DNA from: Candidatus Eiseniibacteriota bacterium
GTDB taxonomy: Bacteria; Orphanbacterota; Orphanbacteria; Orphanbacterales; Orphanbacteraceae
Length of the DNA: 64,000 nucleotides
Reading direction: 5' to 3'
Assembly (NCBI GenBank): GCA_029262235.1
Contig: JAJCZU010000008.1
Span: 195,621 to 259,620 of the forward strand
A program made the position numbers and the translations under genes. This document shows, piece after piece, positions 16,261 through 24,708 of the stretch; the stretch's first letter is position 1, and each line of letters begins with the position of its first letter. The notes below the pieces were generated by a model. It did no database searches. It worked only from the letters and a program-made list of their open reading frames with translations, and was not told the origin of the DNA.

Positions 16261-16755
16261 CTACCGGAAGAGCTGTTTGATCGCGCCCCAGCTCGATTCC
16301 TCGGTGCCGGTCACCGGCGTGCACGTGATCTGGCCGCGGATTTCGCCGCCCGGGAAGTTCTGGCTGTGGACATTGACGTACGTCAGGCCGCTCGAGATCC
16401 GCGAAAGATCCGTCGCGCTGATCGACGACCAGGTGCCGATTTTCGGACTGCCCGTTCCGAGGCCGAAGAGCACACCTGCATTCACGCCGACCGCCGCCGG
16501 GCCGTGAATGTGCGCTGCCGTCTGTGCGGACGAAAGTCCGCTGAATGAGATGTTGTAATCGAGCGTGGCCGCCACATCATCCAGCACGAACGTCCCCGTA
16601 CCGGTCGCCGTCGATCCGGTCGGCGGGTTTTCCTGCGAACCTTCGAGCGTGCAATCGCAGTCCCAGATGGTGGCCGAAGCCGTGCCGACCGCTCCGAAGA
16701 CGAAGATCGTGGCCGCCAAAGCGCCCATCGTTGCGAATGTTAGCGTTTTTTTCAT
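16261..16755 (-). CDS. secreted CHRD domain protein
   Basis: Start at MKKTLTF (AAGGAGAAAG RBS). GTGTFVLD...LDYNISFSGLSS..TAAHIHGPA...VNVHSQNFPGGEIRGQI is the CHRD signature. Confidence 0.8.
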   Translation of the reverse strand: MKKTLTFATMGALAATIFVFGAVGTASATIWDCDCTLEGSQENPPTGSTATGTGTFVLDDVAATLDYNISFSGLSSAQTAAHIHGPAAVGVNAGVLFGLGTGSPKIGTWSSISATDLSRISSGLTYVNVHSQNFPGGEIRGQITCTPVTGTEESSWGAIKQLFR

Positions 16756-17025
16756 TACTTTCTCCTTTGCGCGAGTGTTTCGCGCACATTGTGTATCAGT
16801 AGTCTTGATCACGGGTTCCCTGAGCTATAGCCAGGAACTATACAACAAGTACCTGCAAATTTCAACTTATCTTGAAAGAGGGGCCCAGCTGGGGGCTCGA
16901 TGCGCAAGGGCCATCCGCATCGTACTGAGCGAAGCCCCTCATCGGAGCCGTGCTAGAATCCGCTTCATGCCCACTTCAGCGCCCTTGTCGCCTGTTTCGC
17001 TTCGACACGAAACAGCGGAGAGTTC

Positions 17026-18081
17026 ATGAAACGTTCGATTGCAGCAATGTGTTTTCTCGGCGTTCTGGCGACAGCCGCCGGCGCGACGGCGGGTGATCTC
17101 GACCCGCGCACGATCCACGTCTTCTATCAGAATTCCATTCACTTCACACCCGACGAACCCGCGCGATACGACACGCCGGCAGTGACCGCGTCGGAGAACG
17201 GACGCGAGATCTCGCGTGTCGTGGATTTCGGCGGAACCAACGGCGACCGCGCGCGGCCGCAGAAGATCACGGCCCGGGTCACGATTCATCCGGTTCCGAA
17301 CGACGTCGCGGCTGTTTACGACAAATGGGATCGCGCGGGGAACGTGCAGCTCGTGCCGGCAAGCGGGCCGCCTGTCGAGCTCATCAAGTTCGTGACCGCA
17401 TATGGCGGCCGTACGGATCACGAAGTCGACGTCTCGCATCTCGCGCCACTGCTGCGCGGCGAGTGCACGTTTCGTGCGTTCATCGACACCTGGGTCACGC
17501 CCGCCTGGAGGGTCGACTTCTCGCTCACGTTCGCCCCGATCATGGAAGAAGAGACGCCCGCATGGATGGAGGCGTGGCTCGACGGGTACGAGAACCGGCC
17601 CCCGAGCTGGGTGATGCCCGTGTTTTACGAGCAGAACATGACGGCCGAGCTGCTGGCAGGCGGGCCGCGCGCGGCGATTGTGAACATCCCGGGCCGGAAC
17701 GATCGCGTGCTGCTCTACTATTTAGTGAGCGGGCATTGCACCGACGGCAGCGGCGCCGACGAGTTCGTCTCGAAGGACAACGTGATCCGAATCGACGGCG
17801 AAGAAGTGCACCGGTACAAACCGTGGCGCGCCGACTGCAGGAACTTCCGCGACGTGAACCCGTACTGCAGGCGCTGGTTCGAAGGGAGCTGGAGCGCGGA
17901 CTTCGATCGCAGTGGATGGTGCCCCGGCGACCGGATTGAGCCGGTTACCGTTAACGTTACCGAGGCGCTCGGTGCGGGTGAACATGCGCTGACGTTCGAT
18001 ATCGAGAACGTGCGTCCGCGCGAGGGCGAGCACTACGGCTACTGGCGTGTGTCGGCGTATCTTGTCGGGTGGAGCGAGTAG
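17026..18081 (+). CDS. peptide-N-glycosidase F (PNGase F)-like protein
   Basis: Colinear with my recollection of Elizabethkingia PNGase F. DKWDRAGNVQL matches DEWDRYANVYV. FVTAYGG matches FITPY. VDVSHLAPLLRGECTFRAFIDTWVTPAWRVDFSLTF matches IDVTDFKSLLSGNTELKIYTETWLAKGREYSVDFDIVY. SGHCTDGSGADEF matches SGWGH..GCAEW. FDRSGWCPGDRIEP matches PDRAGWCPGMAVP. Confidence 0.7.
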   Translation: MKRSIAAMCFLGVLATAAGATAGDLDPRTIHVFYQNSIHFTPDEPARYDTPAVTASENGREISRVVDFGGTNGDRARPQKITARVTIHPVPNDVAAVYDKWDRAGNVQLVPASGPPVELIKFVTAYGGRTDHEVDVSHLAPLLRGECTFRAFIDTWVTPAWRVDFSLTFAPIMEEETPAWMEAWLDGYENRPPSWVMPVFYEQNMTAELLAGGPRAAIVNIPGRNDRVLLYYLVSGHCTDGSGADEFVSKDNVIRIDGEEVHRYKPWRADCRNFRDVNPYCRRWFEGSWSADFDRSGWCPGDRIEPVTVNVTEALGAGEHALTFDIENVRPREGEHYGYWRVSAYLVGWSE

Positions 18082-18182
18082 ATCAGCAACACCGGGCGAA
18101 AGGATTGCGTGGACGCTCCTGGTACTCTAAGCTTCCAATAGTAAACGTCCAAAGTACCCAAAGCTCTGACCGGGGGGATGAC

Positions 18183-18710
18183 GTGAATCAGGACACGCGA
18201 GACCCGCATCGCCTGGATGATCTCTACGCCAACTGCTATCAGACATTGCAGAACCTCGCCCATCACATCATGAGAAGCCAGAATCCGGCTCACACTCTGC
18301 GCCCCACAGCGCTGGTCAACGAGGCTTACCTGAAACTGAACAAGGGCATGGTCTCGCAGATCGAAGAATCCCACTTTCTCGCATTGTCAGCCCGCGCCAT
18401 GAGACAGGTCCTGGTCGACCATGCGCGCAAAAAGTCGTCGGATCGACGAGGCGGCGGGTGGGAAAAGGTCGAACTCGACGAGCGAATCGACGGCAAGTCC
18501 GATGTCACCATGCAGATCAACATGCTGACGCTCGACACCGGACTCAAACGCCTGGCAGAGTCCGACGAGCGCCTTGCCCAGGTCGCGGAGCTTCGGTTGT
18601 TCGGCGGCTTGACGAGTTCTCAGATTGCGGAGGAGCTCGGAATCTCCCGGCGCACGGTTACGACCGACTGGAAACTCGCCCGGCACATGCTCCAGAAAGA
18701 ACTGGCATAG
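18183..18710 (+). CDS. ECF sigma factor of the Ser/Thr-kinase-associated type (TIGR02999 / ECF43-like)
   Basis: LRPTALVNEAYLKL, ...RQVLVDHARKK.. and the C-terminal region-4 HTH LFGGLTSSQIAEELGISRRTVTTDWKLAR. GTG start at 18183 after GGGGGA; start uncertain, as the ORF is open from 18069. Confidence 0.85.
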   Translation: MNQDTRDPHRLDDLYANCYQTLQNLAHHIMRSQNPAHTLRPTALVNEAYLKLNKGMVSQIEESHFLALSARAMRQVLVDHARKKSSDRRGGGWEKVELDERIDGKSDVTMQINMLTLDTGLKRLAESDERLAQVAELRLFGGLTSSQIAEELGISRRTVTTDWKLARHMLQKELA

Positions 18711-18732
18711 CCGGCCCGAGAAAGTAACGTTC

Positions 18733-21288
18733 ATGGATAAAGAATCGATCGATCGACTTCGGAAAATCCTCGAACAGGCCGAAGGACTCGAGGGCGAGGA
18801 ACTCGCGCAGTTTGCTGATGATGCCGTCCGCGAGAACCCGGAACTTCGCAACGATATCGAGAATCTTCTGCTTCAGGATCCCGATCTGCTCACCGGACTC
18901 AAGACCGGAGCCATGCTGGACCCTGACGACAGCGAAGGCGACACGCCGGCCGACATCGGTCCCTACCATATACTCGGCAAGATTGGCGAAGGCGGCTTCG
19001 GCGTCGTGTACGAAGCGGAACAGCGCAAGCCCGTTCATCGGAGAGTGGCGCTGAAAGTCTTGAAGGCCGGGATGGACACCGCCGCCGTCTTGAAGCGGTT
19101 TCGTGCGGAGCATCAGGCGCTCGCTCTCATGGAGCACCCTCACATCGCGCACGTGTACGGAGCCGGCAAGACCGACTCGGGACTCCCCTACTTTGTCATG
19201 GAGCTCGTAAAGGGAGAGCCGATTGATGTCTACGCGGACTCCCACGAACTCTCGATTCGCGAGCGCCTCGAGCTGTTCGTACCCGTCTGTCAGGCGGTGC
19301 AGCATGCTCACCTGAAGGGCGTGATCCACCGCGATATCAAGCCGAGCAACATACTTGTTACGACCGCGGATGGCCTGGCAACGCCCAAGGTAATCGACTT
19401 CGGCATTGCGAAAGCCACCAGCCTTTCGCTCACGCAGGAGACGATTTTCACTTCGACAGGCATGCTCCTAGGTACTCCCGAGTACATGAGCCCGGAACAG
19501 TTCGACATGAGCGGCCTCGACGTCGACATGAGAACGGACGTGTACTCGCTGGGCGTCGTTCTCTATCACTTGCTGACCGGCCTGCTTCCTTTCGATTTCG
19601 CGGCTCTCCGCAGGAGGGGCTTGTCGGAGATCCAAAGACACGTCGTATCGGAAGATCCCCAGCCGATCGCGACACGCATCGCACAATCCGAAAACAACGA
19701 CGCGATCGCGCGCATGCGAAAAACGCAAAGCGCCAATCTCATTCGCTCGCTCCGCGGAGAACTCGACTGGATCACGCGCCGGGCAATCGAGAAGGATCGA
19801 ACGAAGCGCTATCAAACGGCGAACGCGCTGGCACTCGACGTCGAGCGCCACTTGAGAAACGAACCCGTTATGGCAAGGCCGCAAACGGCTCTCTATTCGC
19901 TCCGCAAGCTCGCGAGCCGGAACCGCGCCGCGCTTGCCGTCGCCGGTTCGATCGTTCTGGGACTGGTGGTCGCATCCGTTGGGCTCGGACTTGCTTTCAC
20001 GAAATCAAATGAGCAGCGAAAGATTGCCGTCGAGGCGCTTGCCGAGGCCGAGGCGATCGCGTCCTACTTCCAGAGCATGCTCGAGGCGGTGAATCCATTC
20101 TCGAACAAGGGCGACGTCTCCATGCTGGAAGTGATCCGCCAGACATCCGAAACGCTGACCGATGACTTCGAAGATCGCCCTTTGATCGAGTCGCGCCTGC
20201 GGCACACGATCGGCGTGGCTTACCGAAAGCTCAACGATAACGACGCCGCCCTCATGAATCTCGAGCGATCCTACGCCCAGCGGTTGCAGTCACTCGAGGA
20301 AGGCGACCCGAGACTGCTTGCCACGATGAACGAGCTGGGGATTCTCTACGGTGAGCGCGGGGAACTGGCGAAGTGTGAGTCGCTTCTCACAAAAACTCTG
20401 GATCTCAAGCGGCGCTATCTCCCTCCCCATCATCCCGATCTCTATTCGACGACCGGCAAGCTGGCCAACCTCTACCGGGAGCAGGGCCGCTGGGCTTTGG
20501 CTGAGCCGCTGATGCTGGAAACTCTGGAGCAGGGCGGCCTGGCGAGAGGGGCGCGCGATCCCGAGACGATCAAGGCCATTCACAATCTCGGCGTCGTCTA
20601 TCACATGCAATCGAAACTCGACAAGGCGCGCGAGCAATACTACAGAGCGCTGCAGCTCGAAGAAGAAGTCCTTGGCGACGACGACTACCTCTGGCTCTCT
20701 ACCTCCGGCGCGCTCGCGAGCCTCGACTTGCGCGAAGGTCATTACGAGGAGGCGAAAGAGCGCTGCGTGAAAGTGATCGAGAAAGCAAACAGGAATCTGG
20801 GAGAAGAACACGCCACCACGATCACCTTCTATGGATACATGGCAGGAATCGAAGAGGGCCTCGGCAATATCGAAGCTGCCGACTCGCTCTACCGCTCAAA
20901 CTGGCTCACCCGCATTCGCATCAGCGGGGAGAATCACTCCAGAACGCTCTCCTCGCAAACGAACCGTGCGAAGTTTCTGATCCGCCAGGGTCGTTTCGCA
21001 GAAGCCGAACCACTGATCCGGGACGCACTGGAGAAGACTCGCATTCATAACCCGAACCACGTCAGGAACATCGCGGATCTCCTGCATCAATACGGTGTCG
21101 TGCTGCGCGAAACGAACCGCTACCCCGCCGCCGAGCAGAAGTTCACCGAGGCACTCGCGCTTCTCGAGGATCAAGGCGACGCCCAGGCCAGTCTCAGATC
21201 TGCGGTTTCAGACGACCTTGCCATTCTTCACGAGCGAACGGATGGCGGGAATCCCGCGTCCACGGCTTCTGCCACCACCGAAAGATAG
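18733..21288 (+). CDS. Ser/Thr protein kinase with one TM segment and extracytoplasmic/C-terminal TPR repeats
   Basis: Hanks motifs GEGGFGVVY, VALK, HRDIKPSNIL, DFGIAK, GTPEYMSPEQ. TM segment AALAVAGSIVLGLVVASVGLGLAF. About 400 aa of TPR-like repeats. Starts 23 nt after the sigma gene. Confidence 0.9.
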   Translation: MDKESIDRLRKILEQAEGLEGEELAQFADDAVRENPELRNDIENLLLQDPDLLTGLKTGAMLDPDDSEGDTPADIGPYHILGKIGEGGFGVVYEAEQRKPVHRRVALKVLKAGMDTAAVLKRFRAEHQALALMEHPHIAHVYGAGKTDSGLPYFVMELVKGEPIDVYADSHELSIRERLELFVPVCQAVQHAHLKGVIHRDIKPSNILVTTADGLATPKVIDFGIAKATSLSLTQETIFTSTGMLLGTPEYMSPEQFDMSGLDVDMRTDVYSLGVVLYHLLTGLLPFDFAALRRRGLSEIQRHVVSEDPQPIATRIAQSENNDAIARMRKTQSANLIRSLRGELDWITRRAIEKDRTKRYQTANALALDVERHLRNEPVMARPQTALYSLRKLASRNRAALAVAGSIVLGLVVASVGLGLAFTKSNEQRKIAVEALAEAEAIASYFQSMLEAVNPFSNKGDVSMLEVIRQTSETLTDDFEDRPLIESRLRHTIGVAYRKLNDNDAALMNLERSYAQRLQSLEEGDPRLLATMNELGILYGERGELAKCESLLTKTLDLKRRYLPPHHPDLYSTTGKLANLYREQGRWALAEPLMLETLEQGGLARGARDPETIKAIHNLGVVYHMQSKLDKAREQYYRALQLEEEVLGDDDYLWLSTSGALASLDLREGHYEEAKERCVKVIEKANRNLGEEHATTITFYGYMAGIEEGLGNIEAADSLYRSNWLTRIRISGENHSRTLSSQTNRAKFLIRQGRFAEAEPLIRDALEKTRIHNPNHVRNIADLLHQYGVVLRETNRYPAAEQKFTEALALLEDQGDAQASLRSAVSDDLAILHERTDGGNPASTASATTER

Positions 21289-21388
21289 CGGCGGCGCGCC
21301 CTGGCCAGTCGGGAGGGAGCATTTCCAGCGCCCGCACCGTGCATTTCACGAGCCCGCCCCTACCATCAGCCCCGTCGGCTCCGTACGT

Positions 21389-21413
21389 TGAACCAGACTC
21401 GATACTAACGTAA
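21389..21413 (+). promoter_or_regulatory. ECF-type promoter candidate (TGAACC-N14-CGTAA)
   Basis: TGAACC at 21389-21394 and CGTAA at 21409-21413 resemble the GAAC...CGT architecture of many ECF promoters. It lies between the sigma/kinase operon and the small secreted-protein gene. The spacing is 1-2 nt shorter than classic examples. Confidence 0.25.
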
Positions 21414-21568
21414 GGCACTGCAGACAAAATACTTAGACCCTGGCAGACCTCTCATGCACCCTCTTTCTCGTTTTTTCTTTTCCCAATCACTGCGGTTTCC
21501 TCGTTCTCCCATGCAGACGGACAAGAGACAGACGACCGATCGAAACCACAAACGAAAGAGGAAACGAA

Positions 21569-21805
21569 ATGAAAACCACGATCACCGCCATCGCACTGAC
21601 CGCTCTTCTCAGCACGCCGGCTTTCGCAACGATCGAAAACGGAGTCGAAGGGGAAAATCGCGAGCACACGACCTGGAGCAACAGCGAAGAACCCGGCACG
21701 CTGATCGAGAACGGAGTTCAGGGAGAGAATCGCGAAGATACGCAGCATCCCGATTTCAACTTCGGGACGATCATCGAAGGACTGCTCTGGGTGCTCAGAG
21801 TCTGA
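21569..21805 (+). CDS. small secreted protein (78 aa) with internal duplicated IENGV(E/Q)GENRE(H/D)T motif
   Basis: AGAGGAAA RBS 6 nt upstream. Signal peptide MKTTITAIALTALLSTPAFA. Two 13-aa repeats and a hydrophobic C-terminus GTIIEGLLWVLRV. Followed by a strong hairpin. Confidence 0.55.
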   Translation: MKTTITAIALTALLSTPAFATIENGVEGENREHTTWSNSEEPGTLIENGVQGENREDTQHPDFNFGTIIEGLLWVLRV

Positions 21806-21842
21806 TCAGCAGCCACCCGTGAGATCGCCCTTCCCATCACGA

Positions 21843-21870
21843 GCAGCCGGCTTCGCAAGGAGCCGGCTGC
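21843..21870 (+). terminator. 10-bp GC-rich stem-loop after the small gene (terminator candidate, no U-tract)
   Basis: GCAGCCGGCT-TCGCAAGG-AGCCGGCTGC, 37 nt after the TGA at 21803-21805. Confidence 0.45.
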
Positions 21871-22036
21871 ACTCGTTGATAGACCGGATCATGAGAGAAT
21901 CGCAGGGGGCCGGGAGAGGCTGAGGCATTGCCTCCGTTCCGCCCACGCCAGATTGCTTAGACAGATCGTCCCCCGAAAACGTCTGGTAAGTAAGGACATT
22001 GCCGTCCCCCGCTGACCCGACCCAGGGAGGATCCTC

Positions 22037-23614
22037 GTGACGCTCATACCGGTAGCGCGCCGCACGCTTGCGACGCTCTTTCTCGCCAGCAGGCTCGCCT
22101 TTCCCGCGGCCGCTCTCGCAGAGAGCGCAACGGCAGGCGCCCCGCATGCGAGCCAGGTTCTTGTGGAAGCCGACGCTCGACTGCAAACCGTGCGAGGGCA
22201 AATCGTCTCCCTGATGGACGAAGGCGAAATTCCGTCCCTTTCGATCGCCGTGGCGAAGAGCGGCCGGATACTCTGGGAAGAGTCGTTCGGATGGGCGGAC
22301 CGGGAGGCGAAAACGCCGGCGACGCCGCACACGATCTATCCGCTCGCGTCCCTCTCGAAATCGATCACGGCTACCGGCGTCATGGTGCTCGTCGAGCGCG
22401 GCCTCGTGGATCTCGAAGCTCCGGCCGCGCACTATCTCGGCGGCGCGCGCATGGCCGTTCACGAAGGCGATCCGGACAAGCTCACCGTGCGAACCGTGCT
22501 CAACATGACGGCAGGCATCCCGCACGGGTCGCGCAGCACGTTCGATGCCGGCGAAGCCCGGCCGCTTGCAACGAAGGACTTTCTCGAGCGCCATGCGTTC
22601 TCCGCGTTTCCGCCCGGCGAAGTCCCGCACTACTCGAACATCTCGATGGCGGTTGCCGACGTCATCATGGAAACGGTTTCCCGCAAAGACATCGGTTCCT
22701 TCATGGAAGCAGACGTATTCGCGCCGCTCGGCATGAAGAACACTTCCGCGCACATCGGACCGGCCCGGCTCCCGCGTGCCGCCACGAAATACTCCGCCGG
22801 CGGAACGCGGCTCCCGCACTCGTACTTCCAGCCGGTCGGTGGCGGCGGGTACTACAGCTCTGCCCACGACCTGCTCCTCTACGGCATGTTTCATCTGAAG
22901 AATCGGGCGCACGGCCAGAAGCGCATTCTCTCGGACGAGTCGCTCGACATCATGCACACAGACGTAACGCAGGGAGAAGGCGCGATCTTCGCCCTCGGAT
23001 GGGGGTCGAACCGCTTGCCCGACGGGCGCCTCTGGCTGGTCACGAACGGCGGGATCCAGGGAGCGTGTACGACGCTTTCGCTTCTCGAAGGCGACGATGT
23101 GGCGGTCGTCGTGCTCACCAGCGTGAGCAGCGACTCGCGCGTCACCGACGAGATCGCCACGCAGATTACCGACGCGCTCGCCCCCGGTTTCGCAGCAACG
23201 TTCGAAACGCTGAAAGCGAAGTGGGAAACGATATACGAGCCGGCCGGCGCATTCCTCCCGGGCAATGATCTCGTCGGGATCTGGCAGGGAGAACTCGTCA
23301 GCGGAGAGCAGCGCATGGGGATTCGGTTCGTCATCAAGCCCGACGGGGACGTTCATGTCGAGCCCGATCGCCAGCTTCATTGCCTCGGCAACGACGTCTC
23401 GTTTCACAACGACTGGTTTCAGGGAGTGTACGTCGGCTGGATCCCCACCGATGACGAGATGCAGGGCGACAACGCCATCCGTTTTCGTTTTCACGTCAAC
23501 GACGGTCGTATGACCGGATTCTTGAGCCCGACATTCCCGTTCGACGGCGGCCGTTACTCATTGCCCGTCTACTGCAGTCTGGTGAAGGCGGAGGCGGACC
23601 TGAAAACGCGCTGA
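22037..23614 (+). CDS. beta-lactamase-family serine hydrolase (class C / PBP4*-like) with extra C-terminal domain
   Basis: GTG start and signal peptide. SxxK motif in YPLASLSKSITATGVMVL, with a downstream YSN motif (HYSNISMA). Confidence 0.85.
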   Translation: MTLIPVARRTLATLFLASRLAFPAAALAESATAGAPHASQVLVEADARLQTVRGQIVSLMDEGEIPSLSIAVAKSGRILWEESFGWADREAKTPATPHTIYPLASLSKSITATGVMVLVERGLVDLEAPAAHYLGGARMAVHEGDPDKLTVRTVLNMTAGIPHGSRSTFDAGEARPLATKDFLERHAFSAFPPGEVPHYSNISMAVADVIMETVSRKDIGSFMEADVFAPLGMKNTSAHIGPARLPRAATKYSAGGTRLPHSYFQPVGGGGYYSSAHDLLLYGMFHLKNRAHGQKRILSDESLDIMHTDVTQGEGAIFALGWGSNRLPDGRLWLVTNGGIQGACTTLSLLEGDDVAVVVLTSVSSDSRVTDEIATQITDALAPGFAATFETLKAKWETIYEPAGAFLPGNDLVGIWQGELVSGEQRMGIRFVIKPDGDVHVEPDRQLHCLGNDVSFHNDWFQGVYVGWIPTDDEMQGDNAIRFRFHVNDGRMTGFLSPTFPFDGGRYSLPVYCSLVKAEADLKTR

Positions 23615-23719
23615 GGCGGGGCGGGGTACGGTGGGGGCATCGATCATGTGCAGCCCGGTCTGGAACGCCCATTCGAAATCGGGGTTTCGATGCAAGTATA
23701 ATGTCGACCGGGCTCCTGC

Positions 23720-24373
23720 CTATTCGTGCGCGGAGATCAACTCGGCTTTCTGCAGTTCGCTTGCCACGAGTTCCGCAACAGCTTTTCTTACCTGCTCGCG
23801 AGAGGTCGGGTCGATCATTTCGCTCGTCCCCGACCAGACGAGTTTTCCCCCCTCCTGCGCCAGGAGAAGATCGGTCTGGACTCGTATGGCCAGTGTGGTC
23901 TCCGTGTACCCCTCATGCTCAACCGTCTCTTTTCGGGTCACGAAATTCCTCCAGCGACGATCATAGACAGTGACATCCTCGCGCGTTGTGTAGCCGGGCA
24001 CATAGGTTTCGGTCTGCTCGCGTTCGGCCCTGACGAGTACGAGAACAGCGTCGTAGCTCTCCTTCTCGATCGTCTGCCGCAGGGCGGTCGTGTCCGGAAT
24101 GGCCTCGGGGAAGAACTTGTAAGACGGCACTGCGACGGTGTTCCGCTTCTGGAGTGCTTCGACGAACGCATCTTCCGATATCCGGCGATGCGTCGGATCC
24201 GGCCGGAAAGAGATGACCAGAATCTTGTTCAGGGGACCGGCGGAATACGTGGGGTCGCGCCAAACCTCTACGAGTTGTGTGGTTCCGCAGCCCGCTGCGA
24301 GCAGGCCCACAAAGATAGACAGGAGCATGAATACAGCCAGGTATCTGCTCCGGTTGGTGCCATGACTTCGCAT
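23720..24373 (-). CDS. lipoprotein, DUF4136-like
   Basis: Start at MRSHG. Lipobox LLAAGCG. About 190-aa mature domain of mixed alpha/beta character. The family assignment is from memory only. Confidence 0.5.
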   Translation of the reverse strand: MRSHGTNRSRYLAVFMLLSIFVGLLAAGCGTTQLVEVWRDPTYSAGPLNKILVISFRPDPTHRRISEDAFVEALQKRNTVAVPSYKFFPEAIPDTTALRQTIEKESYDAVLVLVRAEREQTETYVPGYTTREDVTVYDRRWRNFVTRKETVEHEGYTETTLAIRVQTDLLLAQEGGKLVWSGTSEMIDPTSREQVRKAVAELVASELQKAELISAHE

Positions 24374-24708
24374 GAGAGCCTCCCAGTGGCGATGAACTCG
24401 TGGATGCACGACCCGATACCGACCGCATCGGAAAAGATTTCTTCATGCTAGCAGAGCTACGAGAGGCATTCACCTGTATTATTGTCTAGGTCATGCTCGT
24501 GGGTTCGCGAATCTTCGCAAGCTATTGATGACGCAGTGTATCGATTGAACCCTGTCGAGTAGACGAGCCTCCGTGTCGACGAGTGGCACCCCCGCACGCG
24601 CAGCTTCCGTTTGACGGAAGGAGTGGCAGTTCCATCGTGGCCGAAGACGCAGGAAAGACTCCGATTCCGTCAACCCGGCCAAAGGGCGGTTTGCTCGTGC
24701 CAAAGCAT

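Noticed and set aside
18069-18182. Longer N-terminus of the ECF sigma factor overlapping the end of the PNGase F-like gene
   Set aside because: The extension (MERVDQQHRAKGLRGRSWYSKLPIV...) has no similarity to sigma region 1/2 and overlaps the upstream CDS. The GTG at 18183 with a GGGGGA RBS gives a normal-length ECF sigma.
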